DNA of 64,000 nucleotides. Source: Octopus vulgaris (Eukaryota). The DNA lies in contig OX597830.1 of the NCBI GenBank assembly GCA_951406725.2, positions 54,002,001 through 54,066,000 of the forward strand, read 5' to 3'. Of the stretch, positions 1 to 12,545 are shown piece after piece; positions within the stretch are counted from its first letter, which is position 1, and each line of letters opens with the position of its first letter. Position numbers and translations under genes: made by a program. A model generated the notes under the pieces. The model made no database searches. It was not told where the DNA came from and saw only the letters and a program-made list of their open reading frames with translations.

Positions 1-120
1 ACAAAAACAAACAATGTTATTGTTTGAAATCGAGTTGCAGCCATCATCTACCTGCCTGCCTGTCTGCCTTCCAGCCTGTTAGTCTGTTTGTTGGTTTGTC
101 TGTCTGTATGTCTGTGCAAC

Positions 121-300
121 CATTAATCCGGGCACGTTTTCTTCCCGTTTTTCCCCCTCTCTTTATCTGTTTTCTCTCCTCATTCCTTTCCGTAGAAGAG
201 CGTAGTCTCAAAACGTCAAAGACTTCTTCCATTTTTCCTTAATACAACGCCTTGTTTGTTGATCCGTCACCTGTCTCTGTCTTTTGCTTTTTGTGTTGTG
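121..300 (+). mobile_element. Short Penelope-like terminal repeat with decayed hammerhead; homolog in opposite orientation at about 44812-45005
   Basis: Shares gaagagcgtag.ctc.aaacgt and cacctgtct..gtcttttgcttt segments with the 44.8 kb copy. Confidence 0.55.
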
Positions 301-315
301 TATAGTTTTAAATTA

Positions 316-398
<83 letters not shown>

Positions 399-405
399 AT
401 CTGAC

Positions 406-497
<92 letters not shown>

Positions 498-539
498 ATG
501 TCTCCTCTCTTAAATACATATATGTATGTGTGTGCGTAC

Positions 540-577
<38 letters not shown>

Positions 578-606
578 ACACCATACATTCGTATAAAGCA
601 ACTGTG

Positions 607-1303
607 GCGTTTAGTAACAGAATTTCGTAAGCACCACCCCGGCCATTTTCGAGGTTAGTGAATCATTTTCTTTGTCTCGACGTCTAGAATCCGAAAAAGT
701 TGGGAGGAAGAACCGGTGAGGCTTGCAATAAGGTCAAAATTCCGGCTGAAAAAAATTGTACCTTGACGCTGTTGACACGACGCTCGCTGAGCCACACTCG
801 GACCAGAGAGTTTAGTAACACACCATCGTAAGCACACACGCTCAGTCAATAACTTTGGTGTGGTCCTTATATCGTTTTTTTAGTGTTATGGCTCATTTTC
901 TAATATTCTCGTTACCATCGAAACGATAATGGACTATTATCTTACTATCTTGTCTTACTTTCCACTTAACTATACTTACCTTGGTATATTAAAACACAAA
1001 AAATACCTTGGGTGAGGGTCTCTGTATGTTTTTTTTCTAGGTATTATAACTAAAATATGCAATGCGATACACCGTTTCATAATACCTATTTATTCTACAA
1101 AATGAGAAAGACGCAGTCATTGTTTAATCTTTCAGATGCAAACATAAATATATAATTTCACATAGTCTTCGCAGTCATTTTAAGATCAAAACCAGCTTCC
1201 TAACGTCATTCCTTGTCGAGATATCGCATTCTGAAAGTCGCGAAACTTTGTGTTTTTCTCGGTTTTTAAGTTATGACACTTACAACAGTCTGTTACTAAA
1301 CGC
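607..1303. mobile_element. MITE-like remnant bounded by 15-bp perfect inverted repeats
   Basis: GCGTTTAGTAACAGA at 607-621 and its reverse complement at 1289-1303. A related direct copy lies at 810-835. Confidence 0.45.
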
Positions 1304-1401
1304 TTCAATTAAAAAAAAAAGAAATTACAAGGATAGAACTATAAAGACAACACCACCACCACTAACAACAACATCAACAACACCGACTAGATCATATTTA
1401 C

Positions 1402-1530
1402 ATGTTAGAAGTCCACAGTCATGTCCAGTATAATTGTTGGAACATTCGCAGTAATTTGAAGTTGTTAAACACTTTCCATTCTTGGCGCACGATACTCCCC
1501 AACGTCTACAATCAAAGTCGACTTTCTGAG
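1402..1530 (-). CDS. Internal exon encoding one EGF-like domain (QKVDFDCRRWGVSCAKNGKCLTTSNYCECSNNYTGHDCGLLT), probably from an EGF/ZP-type secreted protein
   Basis: 129 nt, phase 1-1. Acceptor ctttcttcttttgcAG, donor GTAAAT. Six Cys in EGF spacing (C-x6-C-x5-C-x6-C-x-C-x8-C) with a CxCxxxYTGxxC ending. Confidence 0.85.
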
Positions 1531-1682
1531 CTGCAAAAGAAGAAAGACGAGAGAATGAGGATTACAACAAATGTTATTTATTTAATATGTAAAAATAATT
1601 ATTGTAAGACAAACAAATAAATAAATAAACACAAGACACGCATAAAGAAATAATAACGAATGCGTAACTCTAGATCTACATT

Positions 1683-1897
1683 TGTGCGTCTGTGTTTGTC
1701 CCCCTAGCATTGCTTGACAACCGATGCTGGTGTGTTTACGTCTCCGTCACTTAGCGGTTCGGCAAAAGAGACCGATAGAATAAGTACTGGGCTTACAAAG
1801 AATAAGTCCCGGGGTCGATTTGCTCGACTAAAGGCGGTGCTCCAGCATGGCCGCAGTCAAATGACTGAAACAAGTAAAAGAGTAAAGAGAGTAAAAG
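1683..1897 (+). mobile_element. SINE family B, 3' half
   Basis: Matches the 3' half of the full copy at 18925-19407 (cttagcggttcggcaaaagag...atgactgaaacaagtaaaaga). Confidence 0.85.
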
Positions 1898-1898
1898 A

Positions 1899-1979
<81 letters not shown>

Positions 1980-2089
1980 GGACGTGCCGCCTGGGTAGGC
2001 AAGGTACGCAGTGCTTACCTTGAATAAAATAGATCAATAGTAACATTTTCCTTTTATGGCAAAATATGTACCTAATTCAATAAAAAACT

Positions 2090-3880
2090 GGAAGGAGAGT
2101 TGCTAGACACAGTGGTGGTTAGCAGGGCTAATCACAATAGTAGTGGCAGGGTGGGGCCGCTAATTACAATGGCAAAGAGGGAGATGCTAGTTTTAATGGT
2201 AACAGCAGGAATGCTAGTCACAATGGTGGTAGCAGAAAGAGATGCTAGTTACTATGGTGGTAGCAGTGAATACGTCTCCCAAACTTTAAAACGATTTAAG
2301 ACCCTTTAGAAAAATGGTAAACAGAAAAATGACAAACAAATGGGACAGCAAACAATTACATTTTAACAAGTAGAAAGGTAAAAATAAGTGTAAAAATGAA
2401 AATTTAAATGGCAATAAAAAAAGTACCAACAACAACATCAGCTAATTCTTTGCTAATGCTGGTAGTCATAAAGAAACACTAGACACAGGCCAAAACCAGG
2501 CAAAGGTTAAAAGCAACTCTTTACTGGAGAAATTGATACAAGAAAAATAGTGGAGGAAAACGATGTATTTCTCGAAAAAAAAAAACCCCAACGGAGAAGC
2601 TGGAGGAAGCTCTGGCCGATGCGAAGTACAATGAATATTCCATCTAACTGGATAGGCCATGTGGAAGAATATGTTTATCCTTTCGGACCGAAAGTGAGGC
2701 AAGAAGATAGACAGAGCCGGGGTGTCAATACATCAGCCCTCAGAGTTGCGCCGTGGTAGATGGGAAGAGAAGGCGAGGAGAGAAGCAAAGCTAGGGTATC
2801 TCACACACCAGCCCACAGACTTGTGCTGTAACAGATCGAAAGATAAGGTGAAGAGACAGGCAGAGCGAGTCGCCTCACAGTAGATGGGAAGAAATCGCGA
2901 GGAGATACGGATGTTGACTGTTGGTTGTTATCTCTACGACAGTATGGGTAAGTGGTGAGAACAGAGATGATTGGCAATAATATATAAGGTAGGGGGTCTG
3001 CATGAACATTTGTGTCCTAGTGAGGTTCAAAGAACACCAGGCTATTTCGAAATTGTATTGCAGGATCAGAGACGAAGTCAATTTGACTGGCAGTATGGGA
3101 CAGAAGGCGTAGTTGCTATACATGCGGAAGTAAAAGCCATGCGAGGGTTTTCTGCTTAGAAGTGGAATAACGATACAAAGAAGGAACAGTCCATAAGTAA
3201 AGGCAGCACAACAACAAACTCCAGAAGGAAGACCAAGGCTGCTGTTTCCACAATATCGTTGATCGTACCTTTGAGGATAGCTAGAAAGGAAACAAAAGAA
3301 AAGTAGAACGGCATCGTTTTTAGTGCTACCAGCATCAGGTGCCGAGAAGTAGGGTGCCAGGAAAGGTGTAAAAGTGAAAATGGGAGAAAATCTCGGGAAC
3401 TGTAAATACGTGGGGTGATATAGAAAGAATGGTCCTAATCTAAAACATATCGTTTACTGACAATCTCCACAGAAGGGCAAGAGTACGCCTACATGGTTGT
3501 GTGGGTCAGTAGTGGAATTCATGGTTGTGAGGGTGAGTAGCGAGAAATTTGTGCAGATACTGAATGAATTGAAAAAGTGTTACAGAAATGTTGTATTCAT
3601 AAAAGTCGAGATCGGAATGGATTAGACCCAGCATAAAAAATCATAGACGTTTGTTGAAAACCACACCAGAAATCAATCAACAGCTCAAGAAAGTTACTCG
3701 GAAGACGTACGAGATTTCAAAGTAAGGCTCAAACTGAACATAGCTAGGTTCAGAGAAGTCTATTTGCAAAAGGGAAACCAAAGCGGAAAACGGTCGGGTG
3801 CCATACGGTATCCTGATTCAACCGTACTAGCAGGTTTGGCACCTGTGTATGTGGGGGTGGGATGAGTTGCCCATATTTGT
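2090..3880 (+). mobile_element. Highly decayed purine-rich LINE-like remnant
   Basis: Broken reading frames and strand-biased composition. No diagnostic motif recognised. Confidence 0.25.
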
Positions 3881-3943
3881 TTTGTATACGAAATTTTTAA
3901 CCAGTCTTGATATATTGTATGACAGTTCTCCTACACCACTTGA

Positions 3944-3981
<38 letters not shown>

Positions 3982-3982
3982 C

Positions 3983-4120
<138 letters not shown>

Positions 4121-4143
4121 GTCTGTCTATCTGTCTATCTGCC

Positions 4144-4192
<49 letters not shown>

Positions 4193-4229
4193 CTTGTGTG
4201 TGTGTGTTTGTGTGCGCGTGTGTGTGATG

Positions 4230-5515
4230 TAACCGGAAATACTCTCTATGGAACAAGCCAGTTGTAGTTCAGAATTCCGCCGCTAGGCCACTTGATGCAA
4301 TCATCAGGCATCAGTCTGCCGACCGGCATATGCTAGTGAGGTCGTACTGCCACGTGGTGCGTCACTGTTTTGCAGTGCTTCTTCTCTGTTCGTCAATTTT
4401 TGCGATGGCTGAAACGAAGGATCAACGTTCTTCCGTGAAATTTTGTTTTCTGCTGGGGAAAATGGTAGCCGAAACAGTTTTCATGCTTCAAACAGCTTAG
4501 AAGGATGCTGACATGAGCAAAATACAAGTTTACGGGTGGTTTTCACGATTTAGGAATGGTCATTTTTCGTTTGAAGACCAACCTTGTTCAAGGTGACTGT
4601 TGACTTCCAAAACAAATGAAAACATCAGGAAAATTCATGAACTAATCTTGGAGGTCCATCGTCGAACAATTGACTGGTGTGTCCTGGAGCTCCTCCCAAC
4701 GAATTTTGAGCGAGGAATTGTGACTGAAAAGAGTTGCAGAAAAATGTGTGCCTTGCTTCCCCACGGAAGATCAAAAGCAGTCACGACTGAATGCGTGTCG
4801 TGAACTGAAAGAACAGTTGGAAGTTGATCCGGACCTTTTTTTCGAAGGTCGTCACCGGTGATGAAAGCTGGTGCTACGACCCGGAAACAAAGCAGCAATC
4901 AAGTCAATGGAAGCATTCAATGACATCACGCCTTCAAAAAGCGCGTCAAGTGAAGCCCAACGTCAAGACGATGCAGATTTGCTTCATCGAAGCGAAAGGA
5001 ATTGTCCACACAGAATTTGTTCCTTCCTGGCCAGACATTTTACTTGGAAGTTCTGAAGCGTCTGCGAGACGCAGTGAGACGAAAACGTTCCAACCTGTGG
5101 CAAAGTGGAGAGTGGTGGTTTCATCACGACAATGCACCTGCGCACACCGCCTTGAGTGTGAGGCAGTTTTTGACCAAAAAGGGCATGACCCCCACTTACT
5201 CACCCTTTCTATTCACCCGATATTGCTCCCTGCGACTTTTCTTTTGTTCTCCCGAATGAAAAAAAAAGTCCTTAAAGGAAAACGTTTTGCAGATGTGAAA
5301 GAAGCTAAGAACAAAAAAAAAAAAAAAAAAAAGGGGGGGAGGCATTGAAAGGCATCACTTCGCAAAAGTCCCAGGACTATTTCAAACAGTGCAAAACGCG
5401 TCTGGACCAATGCATTACTTCAAATGGAGAATGCTTTAAAGGCGATAAAAGTGTAAACGTGTAAAAGTGAGTGAGTAAAATGATATTGCAAAATTTTTGG
5501 GCACCACCTCGTGTA
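4230..5515 (+). mobile_element. Decayed near-full-length mariner transposon
   Basis: Start MAETKDQRSSVKFCFLLGK at 4405. Motifs VVTGDESWCYDPETKQQSSQW and HHDNAPAHTALSVRQFL. Frameshifts and stops. Right end ...gggcaccacctcgtgTA. Confidence 0.9.
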
Positions 5516-5519
5516 TATA

Positions 5520-5568
<49 letters not shown>

Positions 5569-5719
5569 TTGAATACACACGCGCGTGCAATGCACACATT
5601 CGTGAATGTGCACATACACGCATATATCCCATATATCCAATGTTATGTGATTTTTTAAACTTATATTACACGTAATTTATGCATGTCTGTGGCCAAGAAA
5701 GAAAGGTTATTATTATTAC

Positions 5720-6165
5720 TGAGAGAGTGATCAACACACTCCATGAAAGTGACTCGCAGGTACAAATACAAACCCCAATATACCCATCATGACTGCCCGG
5801 CCGATAAGGGTACACTAGGAACATGCATCACAACCATGTGTGCGACATGGTAATCTCATATCAAGATAAACAGCGCATGATCTTGCAAGTGTGGCTCAGA
5901 ATTATTTTCGGATCGAATAGCCTATCCTAGGTCCTGAATAAAGGTTGTTTAAGGATGTTGAACGAAACACCCATGTTTTCAGAGGTAAATTATTCAAACC
6001 CCAAAGAATCCCTCTCAACACATGGCTATAATGCTCTCCCAATACTTCTGCTCGTGATCAGAGATGCACTTACTGTCAGCCACAAAGGGACATGTTCAAT
6101 TGGTTAAGGTCAAGCAACCGGCAAGCAAATCTGTGGTATTGAGCAGAATATTTGCTGTAGCCCAA
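5720..6165. mobile_element. Interspersed repeat (SINE- or LINE-UTR-like); partial inverted copy at about 58108-58287
   Basis: ggttgtttaaggatgttgaacgaaacacc...ccccaaagaatccctctcaacacatggcta is reverse-complemented in the last PEPCK intron. Confidence 0.7.
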
Positions 6166-6991
6166 GACAAAACTTGTACATATTATCACTTCCAATCAGT
6201 TAAGATCAGAAGTCATGAGAACCACTGCACCGTACTTCACGACGACGACGATGATGATGACGATGATCATCATCATTATCATCTCTGGATGTTACCGAGA
6301 CAAAGTTTTGCAGAGAAGTTTTCCGTCTCGTGTGCAGATTATCTTCGCGAATAGACGAAAGGTATGTTTTTGGAGTAGCTATCCTTTTAGTTTTTTGGTG
6401 GTGACACTTCTTAAAATTTCTTTTCAATATCAGTTTGCGAAAGTGCTGACGGAGGAAGTGTAGACAATGACGGTGGTAGCCTTATAATCCTAGAGGAGGT
6501 AGCATATACACCACTTCTAACAAATATTCAAGTTGTTGAAGAGAAAGAGAAAGAGAGAGGGAAAAATAGAGAGATAGAGAGAAAGAGAGAATATTCTAGG
6601 CTCTATCGAGAGACTTCATCATTGACGGTGTTGACAATACTGTGGACTTGGATCGCATCATTAAAAGAAGGACGAAAACAAAGATGATAACAGTGATGTG
6701 TGTCGTAAGGGAACAGATCTTGTAACCAGACAGAAAGCTGAACATGTCGGATAGGGCTACGGTTATGAAACTATAAGTCGATGGAAGAGGAGGAGACAAA
6801 AAAGGCAGCCAGTAGTCTTACGATAATCGCCGATCGAGGCTTGTTGCCCGGAGGTAGAGAACGAAGAAACACGACTTACGACCAAAGGGACATGCAACAA
6901 GACCCGTCATGTGTGTATGAACCTTGATGAATTCTTGGAGGGAGTGAAAGCGCTCAATAAACTGTATCTATCCAAGTCCTGGCTTTGTTTA

Positions 6992-7155
6992 GGGCGGTGA
7001 GTTGACAGAATCGTTAGCACGTCGGGCAAAACGCTCGGCGGCATTTACGGCTTTGCGTTTTGAGTTCAAATTCCGACGAGTCGATAAAATGTGTACCAGT
7101 TGGTCACTTATCCAGTCCCTGAAATTGCTGGCCTTGTACCAAAAGTTGAAACCAA
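6992..7155 (+). mobile_element. SINE family A, internally deleted
   Basis: Head ggcggtgagttgacagaatcgttagcac and B-box-like gagttcaaattcc. Confidence 0.75.
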
Positions 7156-7336
7156 TATATAAAATTTGTACATCACTACAAAGTCCATACACATATACAT
7201 ATATATATATACATACATACATATATACATTTATACATACAAACATACATACCTATGCATACACACATATAAATATCTATATATATTGCAATTCTCGAGG
7301 AAAAATAATTAAATAAAAAAAAGTAAATTAAAAGTA

Positions 7337-7805
7337 AACAAGAGCACTCAGAGAGCGCAAACCTCCGCCAAGGCAACTCCATTGCACTCTCAATGATCAT
7401 CCAGAGATGATTTTTAAAAAAAGGATATCTGAAATAAACTTGACTTCTCTCGCAAACGACAATACTGAAAATGAACCCGACCGCTCTCAAAAATTAATTT
7501 AAAAAATAGGAAAAATAATCCAGAATCTTTGTCCAGCACCGGATCGATCCCGAAATCTAATCAGTTCGTGCCAGTCACAAGGCCAAACATCCCTGAAAGT
7601 TTCATCCGAATCCATCCAGCGGTTCTTGAGATACATTTTGTCAACGAACAAACACAACTGAAAACAATACCTCCACCTTCGCTGAGGCGGAGGTAACAAG
7701 AGCACTCAGAGAGCGTAAACCTCCGCCAACGCAACGCCAACGTCCTCTCAACGATTAACCAAAGATGATTTTTTAAAATGAGAATATCTGAGATAAAATC
7801 CTTCA
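7337..7805 (-). mobile_element. Helentron/DINE-1-like non-autonomous element plus a tandem second 3' end
   Basis: Minus strand begins tacctccgcc...ggaggt and ends ggcggaggtt-gcgctctctgagtgc-tcttgtt (subterminal inverted repeat plus hairpin). The end is repeated at 7337 and 7696. Confidence 0.65.
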
Positions 7806-7927
7806 ATGAATATCATGAGACCTTTTGGTTTTCTCTTCTCTTAAATTCCGGTCTTCCTTTAGTAATCCTGTTGTTTTAATGTATAATCTCCTGATATAAT
7901 AATGAGCGTTGTCTTTTTGTATATCTG

Positions 7928-7978
<51 letters not shown>

Positions 7979-8022
7979 AAACAAGTCAAAAATAGAAAAT
8001 GCTAAAATAATTTTATAGTGAA

Positions 8023-8070
8023 CATTTCAGTACCGGTTTCGGTCATTTTGAGACCTTTTCAACTGTAACG
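8023..8070 (-). ncRNA. Minimal type I hammerhead ribozyme with U3-A8 core
   Basis: Minus strand reads cgttacag-TTGAAAA-ggtc-tcaaaat-gacc-GAAA-ccgg-TA-ctgaaatg. Stem I pairs at 7 of 8 positions, GUA site, (TA)n about 50 nt downstream. Confidence 0.7.
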
Positions 8071-8359
8071 ATTAAATAATTAAATTTAGAAAAATTAGAA
8101 GAAAAGTTTTTTTAAAAGAATATTTCTATAGTAGTGTTCAGATTTAAGTGGCATTCTGCCTTTCTCTGACTCCCTTGTTTGCATATATATGCTTTGCTTG
8201 GAATTTGTGATTATTTCATACAAAGCTGGTCGCCGTTCAATAAAATATTTTGCTATAAATTCCTATCTTTTGTTAGTAGTTTCAGTTACTGGAGTGTGGC
8301 ATTGCTGGGGCACCGCTTTAAAGTGCTTAGAGGATGATATCAACCTCCAGTATTTGTTC

Positions 8360-8454
8360 CAGTTTAGTGCTTAAGTTAGACTGAGCTTTGAACACACAAA
8401 TTTATCCTGAAGTACTAGTGGAAATTCAAAAACGCAGTCACAGTGCAAAGATAG

Positions 8455-8542
<88 letters not shown>

Positions 8543-9527
8543 TTTCAAACAGATTCATCTACACAGTTTATCATTACTAGAATTAGAGATAACTTTGAAG
8601 CAGATGGAACTGTTCAGGATGTCCACAAGAAATGCTCTTCAGACGTTGACGTGTCTCACGAAGCAAGAAAGGGCACGAGAAACATATTACCGGAATTCAA
8701 GAAAGTCTGTGTGGCAAGCTAGTCGTAAAACAGAAATTTCACAATCAAGCGTCCATCGCTTTTCTGAAGCGCTGTCGTTGAAAAAGTTCCATTCTAAGAA
8801 TAGTCTTTGCTTTCAATGAGGGTGATCCGGGACGAAGAGTGGAGTTTTGGGTATAGTAAGATGTGTAGAAAACGCATATTTTCCAATAAAAATTATTTGG
8901 AGTGATGAGGTTGCACCTACTGGAAACCCGAGAACTCGCATATTAAGGAAGGACATCATGTTAATTAACCAGGAGTTACATACAGTATGGTGCCGTTTAT
9001 CATCAAAAGGATTAATTGTACCATTCTTTTTGGATGGTATGGTGATTTGTCCCATTCATTTGAATCTTCTGCGACAGCCTGTCATGTCAAGCATTTAAGA
9101 GGACTGTAGATCTAGAGTTATATTTCCAACAAGATGGGTGCTCCTACACTACCACAATAAGATAGAGCCTGCATTGATGGCTTGAACGAAGGGGTTTAGT
9201 AGAATACCTTCCGCTTTCACGGACTTCACACGACTAGATTTCTTTTTATGGTGATACATAAACAATAAAGATCTGCAACAGTCGACGAATTAAAAGTAGA
9301 CATTGAACACGAATGCGTTCAAATACTAAGGAAAATGTTTCTTGATGTTTGCGCTCAGCAGTGAATGGACTAGAACGGTCATCAACATGAAAATAGGGGG
9401 TCATAAAAAAACTCTATTCTGTCTGTAGATTGATTCTATCAAATTTTGAAAAGGAAATGTATTTTAGCAAACACTGATTCTATCATAATTCAGTTTCAAT
9501 ATAAATTTTTCACTAACACTCTGTATA
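8360..9527 (+). mobile_element. Decayed Tc1/mariner-superfamily transposon with an internal (GA)n tract
   Basis: IIWSDE, VWCRLSSKGLIVPFFLDG, FQQDG and LDFFLW-like remnants. Ends in cactctgTA. Confidence 0.75.
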
Positions 9528-9748
9528 CATACATACACAACATCAAATATATATACATACAAGCACACCCATACACACACACATGTATACACAAACATAT
9601 ATATTATTGTACATCTATAATGTGTGTATAATAAATATATATACAAATATGTATGTATATGCATATATTAACATCCTATACATACATACATACATACATA
9701 CATACATACATACATACATACATACATACATACATACATACATACATA

Positions 9749-10682
9749 ATAGTAACATCGATCATCAAAGCAGTTTATCATGGATCAATAGCTGGATTAC
9801 TACCTCCCACTTTGAAGGGTATGCATTTGCAATCCAAGAACAGGAAATATCAACCAAATATCTGATGCACAAAAGGAATAGAGATGCAGGGAAAGCTATA
9901 AAATGTGGCAACCGATGCAAACTTTGTGGAGTTCACACTGAAGATATCACCCACATCATAAGCAGTTGTCCGAAAATGTCATCACGGTATTATCTACCGA
10001 TGAGACATGACGTAGATAAGACACTTTATAATGAAATCCGTCGGAAGGATGATCCCGACGACAAAGAAATAAGAACCCACAATATCGTAGAAGCCACAGC
10101 CACTCATAATAAAAAGGAATACTGGTGGAATGTCCCAGTGAAAACCTCAATAAAATGTAAGCACAACTGACCTGATGTAATGATTTGGGATAGATAAAAT
10201 AAAGTGTGTTCAGTTGCGGAAAATAGCTGCCCAGCGGATGTTATCATAAAGCTGAAGATCAGTAAAAAAGAGAATACCTATACTGAACTATTGAGAAATC
10301 TGCAGTTACTCTATTCAGATTATAAGTTCAAGTTTATACTTGTAAATATTGGTACACTGAGATATGTGACACACTACCTAAATACTAATCTTGAGAAATT
10401 AGGCTTCTCAAAACCAGAAAAGAGAAAGCTAATTCGAAGACTACAGTTCCAATCCATCACTGGAACTGTAAAGATCTGTAAAACTCTCCGGAAGTTTATC
10501 ATTTAAATTCATACGAGCATGTCTAGATATGCAACTATATGCATGAGAATACATACATAAAACATACAAATCTGCACATACATACATACATACATACAAA
10601 AATACCGTGTTGTTGATGTTGAAATTCCAATGAAGGAGTTCTTTCTCTAATGGGAAGAAATCTTGAAATAAACCGAATAATG
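9749..10682 (+). mobile_element. 5'-truncated non-LTR retrotransposon with CCHC finger and restriction-like endonuclease (R4/Dong-like)
   Basis: FAIQEQEI, CKLC...EDITHIISSC, RHD, WWNVPVKT...HN*PD, CPAD, KENTY. 3' UTR at 10506-10682. (CATA)n at both ends. Confidence 0.85.
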
Positions 10683-10761
10683 ACATACATACATACAAAT
10701 TCACTCACGCATGCATATATGTATATATATATATACATATATATACACACACACACACACG

Positions 10762-10818
<57 letters not shown>

Positions 10819-10823
10819 GAAAG

Positions 10824-10977
10824 AAGGTTTGAAAATGCAATTTAAAACATGTTTATTTACTTAACCGGTTTCACTCTTTGGAACGCAACCAAACTTCCAT
10901 ATGTTACTCTTGACAATCTTTTTCCAAAGAGTGAAACCGGTTAAGTAAATAAACATCTTTTAAATTGCATTTTCAAA

Positions 10978-10981
<4 letters not shown>
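10824..10981. repeat. Fold-back element (about 60-bp inverted arms) embedded in (TA)n
   Basis: tttgaaaatgcaatttaaaa...ttaaccggtttcactctttggaa pairs with ttccaaagagtgaaaccggttaa...ttttaaattgcattttcaaa. Confidence 0.85.
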
Positions 10982-11034
<53 letters not shown>

Positions 11035-11037
<3 letters not shown>

Positions 11038-11326
11038 CTTTCTCTAGCCATGCCTGGGTCATACGGGCCGGTTTTCCGCTTTCCTTAGCGTATAGGATCC
11101 CCACCTGGACGGGACGCCGGTCCATCGCAGATGAGCTGCTAGACGAAGGAGGAAAGAGTGAAAGTTGTTGCCAACGAGTCAGCAGAAGTTTTCCATTACC
11201 TTCTGCTGGAGCCGTGTGGAGCCTAAGTGTTTCGCTCATAAACACACATCGCCCGGTCTGAGATTCGAACCCGCGATCCCTCGACCGCGAGTTCGCTGCT
11301 GTAACCACTAGGCCATGTGCCTCCTC
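11035..11326 (-). mobile_element. tRNA-derived SINE family D
   Basis: Minus-strand A box tggcctagtgg and B box ggttcgaatc. Homologous to 37105-37412. Confidence 0.75.
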
Positions 11327-11369
11327 ACATATTTCTAACGGATCTTAGCTATCAATCCTGTGCGCAGGT

Positions 11370-11426
11370 GCTCGCGGCTGAGGATGGGCCAAATAGCTCG
11401 AAACTCGAAACTAAGCCAGTCGCGCA
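11370..11426 (+). ncRNA. Degraded hammerhead motif
   Basis: gcgg-CTGAGGA-t-gggc-caaata-gctc-GAAA, a 7-nt duplication (ctcgaaa), then ct-aagcc-ag-TC-gcgc. Stem I imperfect. Confidence 0.4.
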
Positions 11427-11597
11427 ATCCTTTTAGTTGCTGGAGGGTTGTAGGGGTTCGCTCCCCCTGCTAGAGATATATTATATATAAAAGGCGCAGG
11501 GCGTTGCCCTGATAACCAGCTGGCGGAGAATCTGCCTGGGGTTAAACTAATTGTAACATTCAACTGCCACCTTGCTGTGGGAACTCGCTTTACTGCC

Positions 11598-11692
11598 TAT
11601 ATATATATATATATGCATGTATGTATGTATATATATATATATGCATGCATGTATGTATGTATGTATGTAAGTATGTATGTATGTATGTATGT

Positions 11693-11750
<58 letters not shown>

Positions 11751-12445
11751 ATATATATATATACATATGTATGTATATATATATATATATATGCATGTAT
11801 GTATGTATATATATATGCATGCATGTATGTATGTATACATATATATATATATAGATATATATATATATATACATATGTATGTATGTATATATATATCTGC
11901 GTGTGTCCATAAAACATACGTACACACCTGTGTACATACAAGTGTGTTCGTATGCTTTATCCCACCTTAGAGCAATGCTGTTAATCATTCCTTTACGTCA
12001 GAAGTATATTAGAATTCTTTAGATACTTTATTTTTCAATGTTCTCCCACTCATCCTTCCTCCTCTTCTCCTTCTTTTCCCTTCCCATCTCCCTCGTTCTC
12101 ATCTCTTTTTTCTCTTCCATTGTAACACCTAATTTAGTCACGTAATATTCTAAATAAGCGCCCGCACACACACACACACGCATATGTATACCTATGTCGC
12201 TATGAATGTATGTATGTATGTATGTATGTATGTATGTATGTACGTACGTACGTACGTATGTATGTATGTATGTATGTATGTATGTATGTATGTATGTACG
12301 TACGTACGTATGTATGTATGCATGCATGCATGTATGTATGTATGTATGTATGTATGTATGTATGCATGCATGTATGTATGTATGTATGTATGTATGTATG
12401 TATGTATGTATGTATGTATGTATGTATGTATGCATGCATGCATGT
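11598..12445. repeat. Compound (TA)n/(TATG)n microsatellite blocks
   Basis: Directly visible. Source of the YI/MYVC/HT pseudo-ORFs. Confidence 0.95.
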
Positions 12446-12483
12446 ATGTGTGCGTTGCTTCCCAACCACATGTTCCTGGGTTC

Positions 12484-12540
<57 letters not shown>

Positions 12541-12545
12541 TATCT

